A stretch of 64,000 nucleotides of DNA from Thermoplasmata archaeon (GCA_021817225.1 JAKAVR010000001.1:8002-72001), one strand, 5' to 3'. Shown: positions 40,327 to 51,154, counted from the stretch's first letter. The notes: generated by a model from the sequence alone, not told the origin. Translations and numbers: made by a program.

Positions 40327-41691
40327 TCAACTGCCCGCAGAACAGTAGGCAGCCGCAGAATCGGCAGCTCTTTTCGCATCTGCCACGCATGAGGATATGC
40401 CGATCCCGGAAAACGCGGCTCCCGCCAAGAACAGGCCGGGGGGGCACAGTGAGTGTATTTTACTCACAAGTTCCATATGGCCCACTCCGTACCGGGGAAG
40501 CCCATTTTGCCATCTTGTCACGATGAACTGCAGCGGCTTACCGTTGATTTTCATGATTGCACCGAGCTCCCGATGCAGTTCGGATACAAGCTCCTCATCG
40601 CCCATATCCATCCAACTTACACTGTCTGGTGTTCCGACAAAGCATCTCACAAGGTAAAGGCCCTCGGCTTCGGCGCTGGACCATTTCGAAGAAAGCCAGG
40701 TGCAACCTGTCATAAGGAGACCCTCCTTCTCGGGAACCAGGAAGCCGCTTCCTTCCACCGGCGGTTTGAAATCTGCCGACCCGTAGCCAAAAACGACATT
40801 GGCAACCGAAGTATAGCGGATTTCGGCGAGCGCCGATGAGAGCGCCGCTTCACTCTTGAGAACCGGGGCTGCAGCGTGAGCAGGGAGGCAGGCTATGACC
40901 GCGTCCGATTCAATTTCCAGCCCTTCTCCAGTAATATGCCATCGGCCTTCCCTCCGGGACATCTCCTTCACCTCAACACCCGTTTTCTTCTGCACCTTTC
41001 CTGTTGCCGCATTGAGTTTGTCGGTCAACTCCGCTACCCCGCCTCTGAAGGAGAAGAAGGGCATTGACTCTGCCACTGATGCACGGGCGCGAGATGCCCT
41101 GAGAACGCTCCTGCTGGTCTTGGCCAGTGAGAACAATCCAGGCATCAGCTCCCTGGCACTGAGGTAGCTTGAATTGCACGACATCAGTCCACCTATGAGA
41201 GGGTCGACAAGCGTTGTCTTGAACTCTCGCCCGAACCTGCTTTCGGCCAGCTTTCCGATTGAGATGTCTTCGGCTACTTCAGTCCTTGGCAGCACAAGAT
41301 CCATCGCCGTCCGTGCTATTCCCGGAAAGGAGAGCACATGCGTACGCCATAAGGGGAGAAGTCCATGTGAAGGATAGCCGCCGAATACGCCTTCAGGGAT
41401 GGGTCTCAGCCTGTTCCTTGTCCACAGATATGATTTGCTGGTCTTGGGCCTGATCAAGCTCTGCTCCAGGCCGAGGTCACTGCACAGTCGCGTGATGACG
41501 CTGTTTCTTGCCACAATGCTGTCCGGTCCTGCTTCCGCGGCTGTGTTTCCAATCCTGTTGGTGAGCAGTTTTCCCCCAAGCCTTTTTGATGATTCCACAA
41601 GAGAGATGGAGGTCCCTGGCATCGATTGCTGGAGGAAGTAGGCAGCGGCAAGTCCTGTTACCCCGCCGCCGATAACAGTGATGGCCTTCAT
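40327..41691 (-). CDS. hemY: HemY-type copro/protoporphyrinogen oxidase
   Basis: IGGGVTGLAAA, RLGGK, EAGPDS, GFLVP, SSKW, PRYGVGH, GIGISSC. Confidence 0.9.
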   Translation of the reverse strand: MKAITVIGGGVTGLAAAYFLQQSMPGTSISLVESSKRLGGKLLTNRIGNTAAEAGPDSIVARNSVITRLCSDLGLEQSLIRPKTSKSYLWTRNRLRPIPEGVFGGYPSHGLLPLWRTHVLSFPGIARTAMDLVLPRTEVAEDISIGKLAESRFGREFKTTLVDPLIGGLMSCNSSYLSARELMPGLFSLAKTSRSVLRASRARASVAESMPFFSFRGGVAELTDKLNAATGKVQKKTGVEVKEMSRREGRWHITGEGLEIESDAVIACLPAHAAAPVLKSEAALSSALAEIRYTSVANVVFGYGSADFKPPVEGSGFLVPEKEGLLMTGCTWLSSKWSSAEAEGLYLVRCFVGTPDSVSWMDMGDEELVSELHRELGAIMKINGKPLQFIVTRWQNGLPRYGVGHMELVSKIHSLCPPGLFLAGAAFSGIGISSCVADAKRAADSAAAYCSAGS

Positions 41692-41851
41692 CGAATCCCC
41701 GGTTTCTTTGGACAGGACATGCTACATTGACTGACTATTTACAACTTCCAGCCGATTCACTCCTACTATGTGGCCGCTGGCACTATCAAGCTTAATTATG
41801 TGTCATGAATAACTTCAAGCCAAACAGAAAGACAGTGCGAAGGTAGTTCAG

Positions 41852-42823
41852 ATGGCTTTTCCGACGACTAGGCTGCGAAGGCTCAGGACGAACGAAAGAA
41901 TCAGGGATATGCTGACTGAAACAAGGATCCATCCCTCCCGCCTTGTTTATCCTATGTTCGTGGACGAACGGCTGGGCGAGAAGAGGGAGCTTGATCTCAT
42001 GCCGGGCCAGTTCACTTATGCAGCAGGTGAAGTCGGTGAAGTTGCTTCACTGCTTGAGGAGAAGGGAATTAATGCAGTCCTTCTATTCGGCGTTCCGCGA
42101 AAGAAGGACGCAGGTGGTACGCAGGCATTTTCCAGGCAGGGGATTGTCCAGAAGGCAATCAGGGAGATAAGGAGCAACAGCTCTGTGCTCATCGCTTCGG
42201 ATCTCTGCCTTTGCGAGTACACTTCAAACGGCCAGTGCGGCATTGTGAAATCGGGGAATGTTGACAATGACACAACACTGGAAACATATTCAAAGATAGC
42301 ACTGTCCCACGCTGAGGCAGGTTCCGACATCATCGCGCCAAGCGGCATGATGGATGGCCAGGTCGCGGCAATAAGAAGAACGCTTGACGGCAACGGCTAC
42401 GGCGACAGGGCAATCATGGCCTATGCCTCCAAGAGTGCATCTTCCTTCTATGGCCCGTTCAGGGAAGCCGCAGAAAGCGCACCATCGGAGGGCGACAGAA
42501 AGGGATATCAGGTCAATTATGCAAACTTCCGCGAGTCAATGCATGAGCTTAAGCTTGACTTTGACGAGGGGGCGGATATTCTGATGGTTAAGCCGGCACT
42601 GCTCAACCTCGACATAATACACGGTGCCAGGAGGAGGTTCGACGTGCCCATTGCCGCCTTCAACGTAAGCGGTGAATACTCGATGGTCAGGGCCGCCTCA
42701 AGTGCCGGAATGCTTGATTACAAGCAGGCCGTGCTTGAGATAGCCACCTCCATATTCAGGGCGGGGGCCGACCTGCTTATCACTTACCACGCTCAGGAGC
42801 TTGCGGAGTGGGTCCTGCAGTGA
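41852..42823 (+). CDS. hemB: porphobilinogen synthase
   Basis: RLRRLR, DLCLCEYT.GQC, PSGMMDG, FYGPFREA, MVKPA, VSGEY. Confidence 0.96.
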   Translation: MAFPTTRLRRLRTNERIRDMLTETRIHPSRLVYPMFVDERLGEKRELDLMPGQFTYAAGEVGEVASLLEEKGINAVLLFGVPRKKDAGGTQAFSRQGIVQKAIREIRSNSSVLIASDLCLCEYTSNGQCGIVKSGNVDNDTTLETYSKIALSHAEAGSDIIAPSGMMDGQVAAIRRTLDGNGYGDRAIMAYASKSASSFYGPFREAAESAPSEGDRKGYQVNYANFRESMHELKLDFDEGADILMVKPALLNLDIIHGARRRFDVPIAAFNVSGEYSMVRAASSAGMLDYKQAVLEIATSIFRAGADLLITYHAQELAEWVLQ

Positions 42824-42824
42824 G

Positions 42825-43736
42825 GTGGGTCTGCTGAGCTTCAGGCTGGGAACGAGGGGAAGCAGCCTTGCAATGGCGCAGGCAAATGAAATTGCAGGAA
42901 TTCTTGCCGATTCCGGCCTCTCGGAAGGCATCGAGATAGTCGCCGTGAGGACCACAGGCGATTCGGAGGAATTGAAGAGGACGCCGCTGGAAGGCTCCTT
43001 TGTCGATGAAATAAACAGGCTTGTGCTGGAAGGAAGCATAGACGGCGGCATCCACAGCATGAAGGATGTTCCAGTCAGGCTCCCGGCCGGGCTTTGCGCA
43101 TCGGTGATACCAAGGAGAAGGAACAGGGTGGACTGTCTCGTCTCCGGAGCATACTATACAAGGTTGCCCCCCGATTCCACCGTGGGGACTTCCAGCGCGA
43201 GGAGAATATCGCAGCTTCTGCATGCCCGCAGCAACCTGAGGCCCGTGCTGTTGCGCGGCAACGTGACAACCAGGATTGCAAAAGTGAGGGCTGGAGAAGT
43301 GAATGCCGTCATGCTCGCTTTGTGCGGACTGGAGAGACTCGGTTTCAGTGGTGAGGGAGACGTGCGGGTCCACAGCCTTCCTGCGGAACAGTTCGTGCCT
43401 GCCGCGGGGCAGGGGGCACTGGCCCTGGTAACAAGGAAAGACAGGCTCCCGGAGGGGTTGGTGGAAAGGGCTGATCATCCTGCCACCAGGTCTGAAGTGG
43501 AGCTGGAACGATCGGTGCTCGATTTGCTGGGCGCCGGATGCAATTCCCCCCTCGGTGTAAACGCGCAGGCGATCGGGAGCGGCATGCACCTCAGGGTGCA
43601 ATTGCTCTCAAGAGACGGTGTTTTCGAAAGGAAGATATCGACGTACATCAAGAGCCGTGAGGAACTGGCTGAAAAGCTTGCCCCTTTCACCGATCAGGTG
43701 TCCACATCCATACTGAATTACGGAAATACTCCATGA
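42825..43736 (+). CDS. hemC: hydroxymethylbilane synthase
   Basis: GTRGSSLAMAQ, HSMKDVP, VGTSSARR, RGNVTTR, PAAGQGAL, GCNSP. Confidence 0.93.
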   Translation: MGLLSFRLGTRGSSLAMAQANEIAGILADSGLSEGIEIVAVRTTGDSEELKRTPLEGSFVDEINRLVLEGSIDGGIHSMKDVPVRLPAGLCASVIPRRRNRVDCLVSGAYYTRLPPDSTVGTSSARRISQLLHARSNLRPVLLRGNVTTRIAKVRAGEVNAVMLALCGLERLGFSGEGDVRVHSLPAEQFVPAAGQGALALVTRKDRLPEGLVERADHPATRSEVELERSVLDLLGAGCNSPLGVNAQAIGSGMHLRVQLLSRDGVFERKISTYIKSREELAEKLAPFTDQVSTSILNYGNTP

Positions 43737-43785
43737 GACTTACACGCAAGTCTGCTTGCAGCATCCGGCTTTCGCCGGGCAGAGT

Positions 43786-44604
43786 ATGATGGCAATGGTT
43801 AAGATAGCACTTATGAGACCTGAGGACAGGGCGGGAAAGGCAGTCGAATACTGCAGGGAGAAGGGCCTCGAACCGCTCGTAGCCCCGGCCATTGGGATAA
43901 GGGATATGGAGGTCGAAGAGAGCGAAGTCCTTCGCTGGCTGAACCGGTGCGATATTTGCATTTTCATGAGCTCGACGGCTGTTGACAGATTCTTCTCACT
44001 CGGGAGCGACTGCGCTGATGCTCTGAGGCGGAAAGGGATGAATGTTGTTGCTGTGGGGAAGGCAACATCGCTCCGTCTTGACTCTCATTCCATAGCAAAC
44101 TCAGTGCCTGCCACCTACTCATCGGAGGGGCTTGTAGAATATGTAAAATCCCTTGAGGGAGCAAACGGGCCGGCAGTCGTGTTCAGAAGCGATAGCGGCA
44201 CAGTGCTATTGAAGAACGGTCTTGCTGCGGCCGGGCTGGAAGTGAAGGAGTTTGCAGTCTACGGGATAGCAATGCCCGAAGATACGGGGCCCATCAGGGG
44301 AGTCATTGCAGACATCCTCGGCGGACAGGGTTACATACTTCCATTTTCAAGCAGCATGATGGTCAGGAATTTTTTCAGATTGGTCAGCTCACTCGACGAG
44401 AAGGGAGCGATGCCTTCGGCAATTGTCAACTGCAGCATATGGGCCATAGGTGCGGAAACCGCAGCAGAACTCAAAGGGCAGACTTCCGCTCCTGTCAGCA
44501 TCGCATCGAACGCTGACTTTGAATCGATGCTTGGCGAAATTGCTGACTCGATTCAAGGCATGGATCGTCGGGCGAAGCACCACCGCAGGGGCAAGAATTT
44601 TTAG
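43786..44604 (+). CDS. hemD: uroporphyrinogen-III synthase
   Basis: LMRP, FMSSTAV, AVGKAT, SSEGL, SSSMMV, AIGAET; follows hemC. Confidence 0.85.
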   Translation: MMAMVKIALMRPEDRAGKAVEYCREKGLEPLVAPAIGIRDMEVEESEVLRWLNRCDICIFMSSTAVDRFFSLGSDCADALRRKGMNVVAVGKATSLRLDSHSIANSVPATYSSEGLVEYVKSLEGANGPAVVFRSDSGTVLLKNGLAAAGLEVKEFAVYGIAMPEDTGPIRGVIADILGGQGYILPFSSSMMVRNFFRLVSSLDEKGAMPSAIVNCSIWAIGAETAAELKGQTSAPVSIASNADFESMLGEIADSIQGMDRRAKHHRRGKNF

Positions 44605-44655
44605 CTCCGCCTGCATTCGCTGCAAACAGGGCTGGATCCTACGGTGCCGATTTGA

Positions 44656-45516
44656 ATGGGTTTGACAGTTTTGGGAAGCAGGACCGGGATTCCGATGAAA
44701 CGGATTCCGGGCACGCACTTCTTCTCCATTCCAGCAACCGTCGGAGGCAGTCACGATGCAAGACTCATTTTCGACACCGGGATAGGTCCATCTATTGTAT
44801 CGGGCTACTTTGCAGAGAGGGTTCATTGCCGTCCTGTGGGGGAATCATTCACGGGCAGGAGAATGTCCGGGCAGGAGGTTACAATGCCCCTGGTTTCACT
44901 CGAATCCCTTGCTGTCGGTCCTGTTTTCAGGGAGAATGCCATTGTAGGCTCGTTCGACATCTTCGTGGAAGGAACACGGGTGCCAGAGGGTTTTGCCGGA
45001 ATCGAGGGCTTCCTCTCTCCTGCTTTCTTTGAAGGTATTCCATTCACATTGGAACTTGCAAAAGAGAGAATCCTGGTAGAAAGCGAGCAGTCGCTGTCAC
45101 TCATCCAGAAAACGGGAAAAAGCGTTCCATTGAGAATTGAGAGGGACGGGCCTTCCATCACGATGTTTATTGATTTGCTGCTGCCTGACGGAGAAGTCGC
45201 TGTTGTCGAGGTAGACACAGGATCTGACATACTGATACTGAACAAAAGATACATGCATCGACTGGGTATCGAGAAGTCGGGAAGCGCAACAACTAAAATA
45301 GAGGGGAAGGACGAGACGGGCCACAGTTATGTCAGGTATCGCGCCCCCGTCAGCGGATTGGTGCATCTCGAGTCGCACCATGACCTGTTTCAGGCGGCGC
45401 CAGAAGTGATGTTTCAGGAAATAATCTATGACGGACTTGTCGGTGTCGACTTTCTGAAGCGCTATGCCGTGACATTCAACACTGCAGGCTCTGAACTGAT
45501 ATTCAACAGGCCATAA
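44656..45516 (+). CDS. two-domain retropepsin-like aspartic protease
   Basis: Two DTG motifs (IFDTG, EVDTG), GLVGVDFL. Confidence 0.8.
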   Translation: MGLTVLGSRTGIPMKRIPGTHFFSIPATVGGSHDARLIFDTGIGPSIVSGYFAERVHCRPVGESFTGRRMSGQEVTMPLVSLESLAVGPVFRENAIVGSFDIFVEGTRVPEGFAGIEGFLSPAFFEGIPFTLELAKERILVESEQSLSLIQKTGKSVPLRIERDGPSITMFIDLLLPDGEVAVVEVDTGSDILILNKRYMHRLGIEKSGSATTKIEGKDETGHSYVRYRAPVSGLVHLESHHDLFQAAPEVMFQEIIYDGLVGVDFLKRYAVTFNTAGSELIFNRP

Positions 45517-45653
45517 ACGGAATGACAGACGCTACATTCAACCTTTCTCGAAGGGTGCCACAATCCCCGCCTTACAAGTGACCAGTCAATCAAATGCATG
45601 CACTGGACAGGAGTCTCTGTTTCATAATCACTTTAATCTTTTCGTGGAGAACC

Positions 45654-46298
45654 TCAGAGACTGATATCCCTGTCTCCGTTAGCAAACAATTCTCCAATCT
45701 CAAGTATTTTGCAAAAGTAATCAAGTATGCTCGGAACAAAGGACTCCTTTGCGATCGTCCTGATTTCCTTTTTCCTCATTCCCTGCTCTACGAGAAGAGC
45801 CTGAACTGACAGGCTATGCCTGGCTCCGATTACTACCTCCTTTCCTTCCCTGAAGGGTATCGCAGCTATGCCTGACAGCTCATTCGAATTGGGTGAGAAG
45901 GTGTCAAACCCTGCTAATGCAGGAAGCATATAGACTTCAGAAAATTCTCTCACCCATGTCCCTTCATTTCTGAAAGTGAACTGGTTCCTCCCTATCTGGT
46001 GCATACCGGAGGAAGGCAACTCCACCCCAATCTCCTCCTTAGCTTCTCTAAGCAGTGCAGTCATGCCGTCTTCTCCTCTGCCAACATGTCCTCCTGCTGT
46101 CACATCAAGGAGTCCCGGAAAACCTACATTCGAGCTTCTTATCTGGAAGTACACAAACCTGTCGTCCACATACCAGCAATGCATCGTCTTGTGCAGTGCC
46201 CCGGTTGTATGCGCCTTATCGCGCTCAATGGCGCCTATAACTCTGTACTCATCATCGTATAGGTCAACAAGTTCTGAAATCATCAATTCAATTCTCAC
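45654..46298 (-). CDS. NUDIX hydrolase (IDI-like subfamily)
   Basis: GGHVGRGE....ALLREAKEEIG Nudix box; LH..MH. Confidence 0.85.
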   Translation of the reverse strand: MRIELMISELVDLYDDEYRVIGAIERDKAHTTGALHKTMHCWYVDDRFVYFQIRSSNVGFPGLLDVTAGGHVGRGEDGMTALLREAKEEIGVELPSSGMHQIGRNQFTFRNEGTWVREFSEVYMLPALAGFDTFSPNSNELSGIAAIPFREGKEVVIGARHSLSVQALLVEQGMRKKEIRTIAKESFVPSILDYFCKILEIGELFANGDRDISL

Positions 46299-46687
46299 AC
46301 CGAAACAGCACGAGTGCCTTAAATGCCGGTGGTTTCACGACACCGAATGACAGTCATAAGGCGGATGGAGAGTCCGCACCGATGCATTGAAAGCATGTAC
46401 TGTCGAATTCAACTTCATGCAGGAGTGCTGTACATTCGCAATTTGAATGCATCAAAGTCAGAGGCACAGCATATCAGCCTAAGGGGACACCGGGCTCAGC
46501 CACAGAAAATAAGCATCATGGGAAATACCCTGAAGTCAACTGCCATTCTGCAGGCGGGCAGTCAAGAGCAACAGGACTCGTGAAATGTCATGGTTTATGC
46601 TCAGGCGGGAGTGGCTGACTTCTGGTTTTACGTTCCATTCACGCTCCAAAAGTCATATTGTCTTCAGGTCTGGTGCCTGGTTAACTG

Positions 46688-47881
46688 CTACGTTCCCTGT
46701 CCGGATGCTGCCCCTGCCCGTTTGCGGCCTGCATATTCCATTCTGTAGAAGGCGAAAGCTGCAACAGCTGTTATCGCACAAGCAGCATACATTATACTCA
46801 GGTAACTCTGGAATGTGCTTGCCCCAAATCCTGCAACCATATCAGCAAGCGCGCCTCCGGCAAGGGGCCCCCCTATCCCGGATAGTGCCATCACAGAAGA
46901 CAGCATACCTGCTGCCGTTCCTCTTTCACTTGACCGCTCAACAACGAAGCGCAGGCCACCCACATACATGAAGGACCATGATACGCCCAGCAGCAGCTGA
47001 GTCGACATGAGTTCGACGTAATTTGATACCAACGTGAATGAAAGGAATGTGAGTGAAGACATGCTTATGCCTGCAAGTATGAGCGTATTTGCTTTCATTC
47101 TGCCAGTCAGGTAATGCATCGAAAGAACTTGTATGATGGAGTTGAACACATAGACAACGGAAACAAGTGCGAGCCTCTGTCCGTAAGAGTAGGTGGCGGG
47201 TGTAAGTGCGAAGCAGAAAATGGGAAATATCGCCCATATTGCAGTGGCCCCGAAATGTCTCAATGCGAGCGAAATGTAAGCCGCCCTGCTTTTTGAAAAT
47301 GCACCCACGGGTATGAAACGCATCCTGCCTGCCCTTCCATGTCCTCTCGGCGTGCTGAGCGACAGGAAGAATGCGGCAAGCAGCAGAACAGAGGAAGTCA
47401 GGAACACGGGATCAATCAGTGCTCTTCCCGCCGCCCTGCCCGCCAGCAGATAAACAATTGTCCCGGCCAGTGCCTGCCCTATTGCTCCTCCAAGCGAGGC
47501 ATACGAACTGAAACTGCCGATATCCCTCTTGAGGTCTATCGCGTAGGCAATCAGGGAACTGCTTGAGCCAGCAGACAGGCCGAGAAAGAAGCGTACAACA
47601 AGAAGCTCCGTGGGGTTAGAGGCGATCAGCTGCAGGAAGGCAAATGCCGCAGCCACGGAGAGACTCACGGCCAGGACTCCCCTTCTTCCGTAATAGTCCG
47701 AGAGGCGGCCCAGGGTATAGTTGCTCAGCAGGAGAGCAACGCTGTATGAGGATACAATGGCGCCGATTTGGGCGCTGCCTGCCCCCATGTCGACGGCATA
47801 TATCGGTACAAACAGCGAAGATGATGTGTAAGCAATGTTGGTGAAGAGCTGCATATGCAGATCGCTGTTTCTAGGGCTCAT
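46688..47881 (-). CDS. MFS transporter
   Basis: GRLSDYYGRR motif A, about 12 TM. Confidence 0.9.
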   Translation of the reverse strand: MSPRNSDLHMQLFTNIAYTSSSLFVPIYAVDMGAGSAQIGAIVSSYSVALLLSNYTLGRLSDYYGRRGVLAVSLSVAAAFAFLQLIASNPTELLVVRFFLGLSAGSSSSLIAYAIDLKRDIGSFSSYASLGGAIGQALAGTIVYLLAGRAAGRALIDPVFLTSSVLLLAAFFLSLSTPRGHGRAGRMRFIPVGAFSKSRAAYISLALRHFGATAIWAIFPIFCFALTPATYSYGQRLALVSVVYVFNSIIQVLSMHYLTGRMKANTLILAGISMSSLTFLSFTLVSNYVELMSTQLLLGVSWSFMYVGGLRFVVERSSERGTAAGMLSSVMALSGIGGPLAGGALADMVAGFGASTFQSYLSIMYAACAITAVAAFAFYRMEYAGRKRAGAASGQGT

Positions 47882-48058
47882 CCGCGCACTGTCTTATGGC
47901 AGCCATACTTAAACATTTGACTCTGATTCTTCGATACAGGGTACAGCCACTGGACAGATATTTCCCCTCCTTCGGGAACAACTCCAAAAAATGGCCAGTT
48001 ACCAATTCGGCTTTTGGAAAGCATGCAATGTGCCAGGAAGCAAAGGCAGGCGGTGCCT

Positions 48059-50701
48059 TCAGGCAGGTTCTGATTTCCTTAGCAGAAGGCTCAGACCCAA
48101 TGCAATCATCACCGACCCTGGAATTATGAGTATGTAGCCCCCGGAAATGTTTGTGTTCGAGTACGAGATGAAGGCACCGGCATACAACGCCAGACCAAGC
48201 AGCATCGAAGCCGTTGCGGCGGCATTGTGCCGCTTCTTTTTCATGACCATGCCTCCGGCCATCCCGAAAGCAACTTTTGACTGAGCTGTCCGGTCAGCGC
48301 CTGCATTGTCCATTGCCGTCACCCGTCTCACTTTCATTCCAGGCGGCTCTGCGGCAGCTGCGACCGCCTTCGGGGCAGCTTCCTGCCTTGCTGTGGTTGT
48401 TGAAGGGCCGCTGTTCAACAATTCCGCAACCCTCGTCGAAACCCTGTCTGATATGTCGCTGGACATTGCCTGGAGTCTGTTGTCGAGCTCGTTCTTGAGC
48501 ACCAGTCTGTCTGTGAGCGACTTGACTTCCTTTTTCACTGCGAATATCTGGTCTTCCATGTCGCTCCTGATATCCTCAATACTTGTCCTTAGCTCGTTAC
48601 GGACACTCACTTCGCTGGAGAGCGCTTCCACTCGGCCATAAAGGGTTTCGAGGCTTTCGTTCAATCGCATAATGCCGTTCTTCACCTGTTCCAGATTTGC
48701 AAGATCGGGTGATTTCGCCTTTCGCTCCACAGTCCCCCCAACAATTTCCTTCTGCACCACTCCTGCTCCGATTTTCTTCCTGAGTTCAAATAGCCGATCC
48801 TCCATGCCAGCAATCTTCTCTTCAAGATTCTTGAGCCCATCACCAGCAGGATCTGCGTTATGCTCACTCGAACTGGGATGCATACTGACAGGCACCACTG
48901 TTTCTTCAGTGGCACCGGTGAAATTCAGGCGGTTCTTTCCCAATTCTTCAGCTCCACCGACACTGACAAGAGATATGCCGGGGCTGTCGTTCCTCCCAGG
49001 CCCATCGGCTTCCTTCTCCTGAGCGGAGTCGAGGATTATAACGTTTGAATTCGGCTGGGATTCACCGGCTGGTGTGCTGCTCGTCGTGACCTCACTCTTC
49101 ACTGCGGGGGCTGCTGCAGGAAGGGCGATATTTGCTGTCTTCTTTGTTTGCCTGTGCTGTCCCTTAAGCACCGAAGAGCCTGCTCTAGAAGCAAGTGTGA
49201 ATGCGAATGTGGAAACAACTATCGAGGTGAGCGCAAGAACGTAAATTGTACCTGAAGAGCTGGTCTGTGTCTGCAGCAGCAGGACGGAAATTGCCGCGAC
49301 TGTTACGCCTCGTGGCATCGTGGCACCCACGAGCTTGAAGTCTTTTCTGAAACTCTCTTTGTTCTTTCTGCTGTAGAACGCCAGTGGAAGACCGAACATG
49401 CCGCTGAGATACCGCAGGCCAACAAAGATCGGGACCATCAGCAGTATCAGCTCAATTGCACCTTTCACCTCGTTCGGAGGAATGGGAGGCAGGCCCTGCG
49501 GGGGGGAGAAGAGCATAAGGCCCAGCTCGATCCCGATGCTGAAGTAGAACACTATCCGGATGAGCAGCTCTATTTCATCGTGGAAGAGCATCATTCCAGT
49601 GAAAGTCCTCTTTCCCTGCAGAGATGAATCACTCTCGTAGCTCTTCCTTCCACCCCCGGGGAAAAGATATCCTATGAAAAAGCCCAGATATATCAGTGCG
49701 ATCAGGGCAAAGAGTGCGTTCGCAAAACCGGCAAATGAAGTGAGTCTCAGCATTTCCTCAAAAACAAGCAGTCCTATGCCCAGGACAATTCCGTAAAGGA
49801 TCATGCCCATCCTCATCTGCTTCTCGCTGAACTCCGTTACATCCGCTGAACGGCGTATTTCTATGTCTTCGGTGGAGGTGGGAAATGGCTTCCTCAGGTA
49901 GAGCACTGCATAAGGCTCTATGCCCGACTTGTTTCCGCCTGAAAGTCTTCGTTTGACAAAGAAGACAATTGTTCTTGAGCTCATGTACACAATAATCGGG
50001 ATTCCTGCAAGAGCGAAGACAAGCACCACAAGATGGTAGTCAATGACGCTTGATAGCGCACTTGCAGTTGTCTGAAGGAAGACAGGGATCGTAGGCGAAT
50101 TATTCCCGATGAATATCTGATTGTAGAAAATCGCAACCATGAGCAGCAGTACTATGCTGTTCATGGTGGATTCCAGTTTTATGACACTCGTGAGTTTTGT
50201 CAGATGTTCCGTTTTGTATGCCCGTTCCGCTGAAAGATTCGTGATGTGATTGAGATACGGAACCACGACTGCGGCGGAAGTCTCACCAATTATCGAACCG
50301 AACAGAGCGCCGAGCGCCCATGGCCATCCAAGCAGCAGCTGGCAGACATAGGCAAAGACTACAGCCGATGAAACGATGTCCACTACCGCCATGATGATGC
50401 CGCCGGCGGCGACTCTAAGGCCCGACCCGCGCAGCTGTTTGGCATCAAGACCGAGCTTGAGTCCCGTCCCCAGGTATATCAGCACGAGTACTGTGTCTGT
50501 AATCAGCGGTATTGAAAAGAACTGTATGAATGAAACGAAAGTCTGCGGCACAGCAATGAAATTGTACACCATGAGGAATGCGAATCCTACACCCCCAAGC
50601 ACAAGAAGCAGGACCTGGAATGCTACACCCGCCACAAATTCATAGATGGCAAATGTCAGAATGGAACCTATCAGTATGAGATACGTTGCGAAAAGCAACA
50701 C
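48059..50701 (-). CDS. cation:proton antiporter (CPA/NhaP-like) fused to a low-complexity linker, coiled coil and two C-terminal TM helices
   Basis: GETSAAVVVP, LESTMNS, PRGVTVAA; about 350 aa soluble tail. Confidence 0.75.
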   Translation of the reverse strand: MLLFATYLILIGSILTFAIYEFVAGVAFQVLLLVLGGVGFAFLMVYNFIAVPQTFVSFIQFFSIPLITDTVLVLIYLGTGLKLGLDAKQLRGSGLRVAAGGIIMAVVDIVSSAVVFAYVCQLLLGWPWALGALFGSIIGETSAAVVVPYLNHITNLSAERAYKTEHLTKLTSVIKLESTMNSIVLLLMVAIFYNQIFIGNNSPTIPVFLQTTASALSSVIDYHLVVLVFALAGIPIIVYMSSRTIVFFVKRRLSGGNKSGIEPYAVLYLRKPFPTSTEDIEIRRSADVTEFSEKQMRMGMILYGIVLGIGLLVFEEMLRLTSFAGFANALFALIALIYLGFFIGYLFPGGGRKSYESDSSLQGKRTFTGMMLFHDEIELLIRIVFYFSIGIELGLMLFSPPQGLPPIPPNEVKGAIELILLMVPIFVGLRYLSGMFGLPLAFYSRKNKESFRKDFKLVGATMPRGVTVAAISVLLLQTQTSSSGTIYVLALTSIVVSTFAFTLASRAGSSVLKGQHRQTKKTANIALPAAAPAVKSEVTTSSTPAGESQPNSNVIILDSAQEKEADGPGRNDSPGISLVSVGGAEELGKNRLNFTGATEETVVPVSMHPSSSEHNADPAGDGLKNLEEKIAGMEDRLFELRKKIGAGVVQKEIVGGTVERKAKSPDLANLEQVKNGIMRLNESLETLYGRVEALSSEVSVRNELRTSIEDIRSDMEDQIFAVKKEVKSLTDRLVLKNELDNRLQAMSSDISDRVSTRVAELLNSGPSTTTARQEAAPKAVAAAAEPPGMKVRRVTAMDNAGADRTAQSKVAFGMAGGMVMKKKRHNAAATASMLLGLALYAGAFISYSNTNISGGYILIIPGSVMIALGLSLLLRKSEPA

Positions 50702-51046
50702 TTCTTCAGTTGACGGATAACTTGGGATGGCAGTCGTTTAAGCACTTCTCCCTATCCTCGACTTTATTTGCGTCTTCTATGCGCATTTCAGGCGGATGCC
50801 GGATCATCCTTTCCAGTTGGGTTTGTGATATAAAAAGGGTAAAGACCTGATTATCATCCCGAGGTCCAACATTTCCCCCTGCTTTCACATCAGGGGCACA
50901 ATTTTGTTCCCCTTTCAATTCTTATAAGTTGCAATTCATAAGACCCGCTGTGACTAGGAAAATCACAGTAAACATGTGCATTACCCCGGATGGGCATTCA
51001 GAATTCCAGGATTATCCGGGCCCGGATGCCCAGTTGAATGAACCGG

Positions 51047-51083
51047 GTGCGGCTGCCGGGATATACACATTAAGGTTCGAATC
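51047..51083 (+). repeat. cassette-boundary repeat copy 1
   Basis: gtgcggctgccgggatatacacattaaggttcgaatc, 36/37 to consensus. Confidence 0.95.
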
Positions 51084-51154
51084 TGAGATTGAATGGTACG
51101 TGCCTAAAGAAGACGTTTCAATGTTCAGTGTCAATTTGCACTAGGCGGGCAGTT

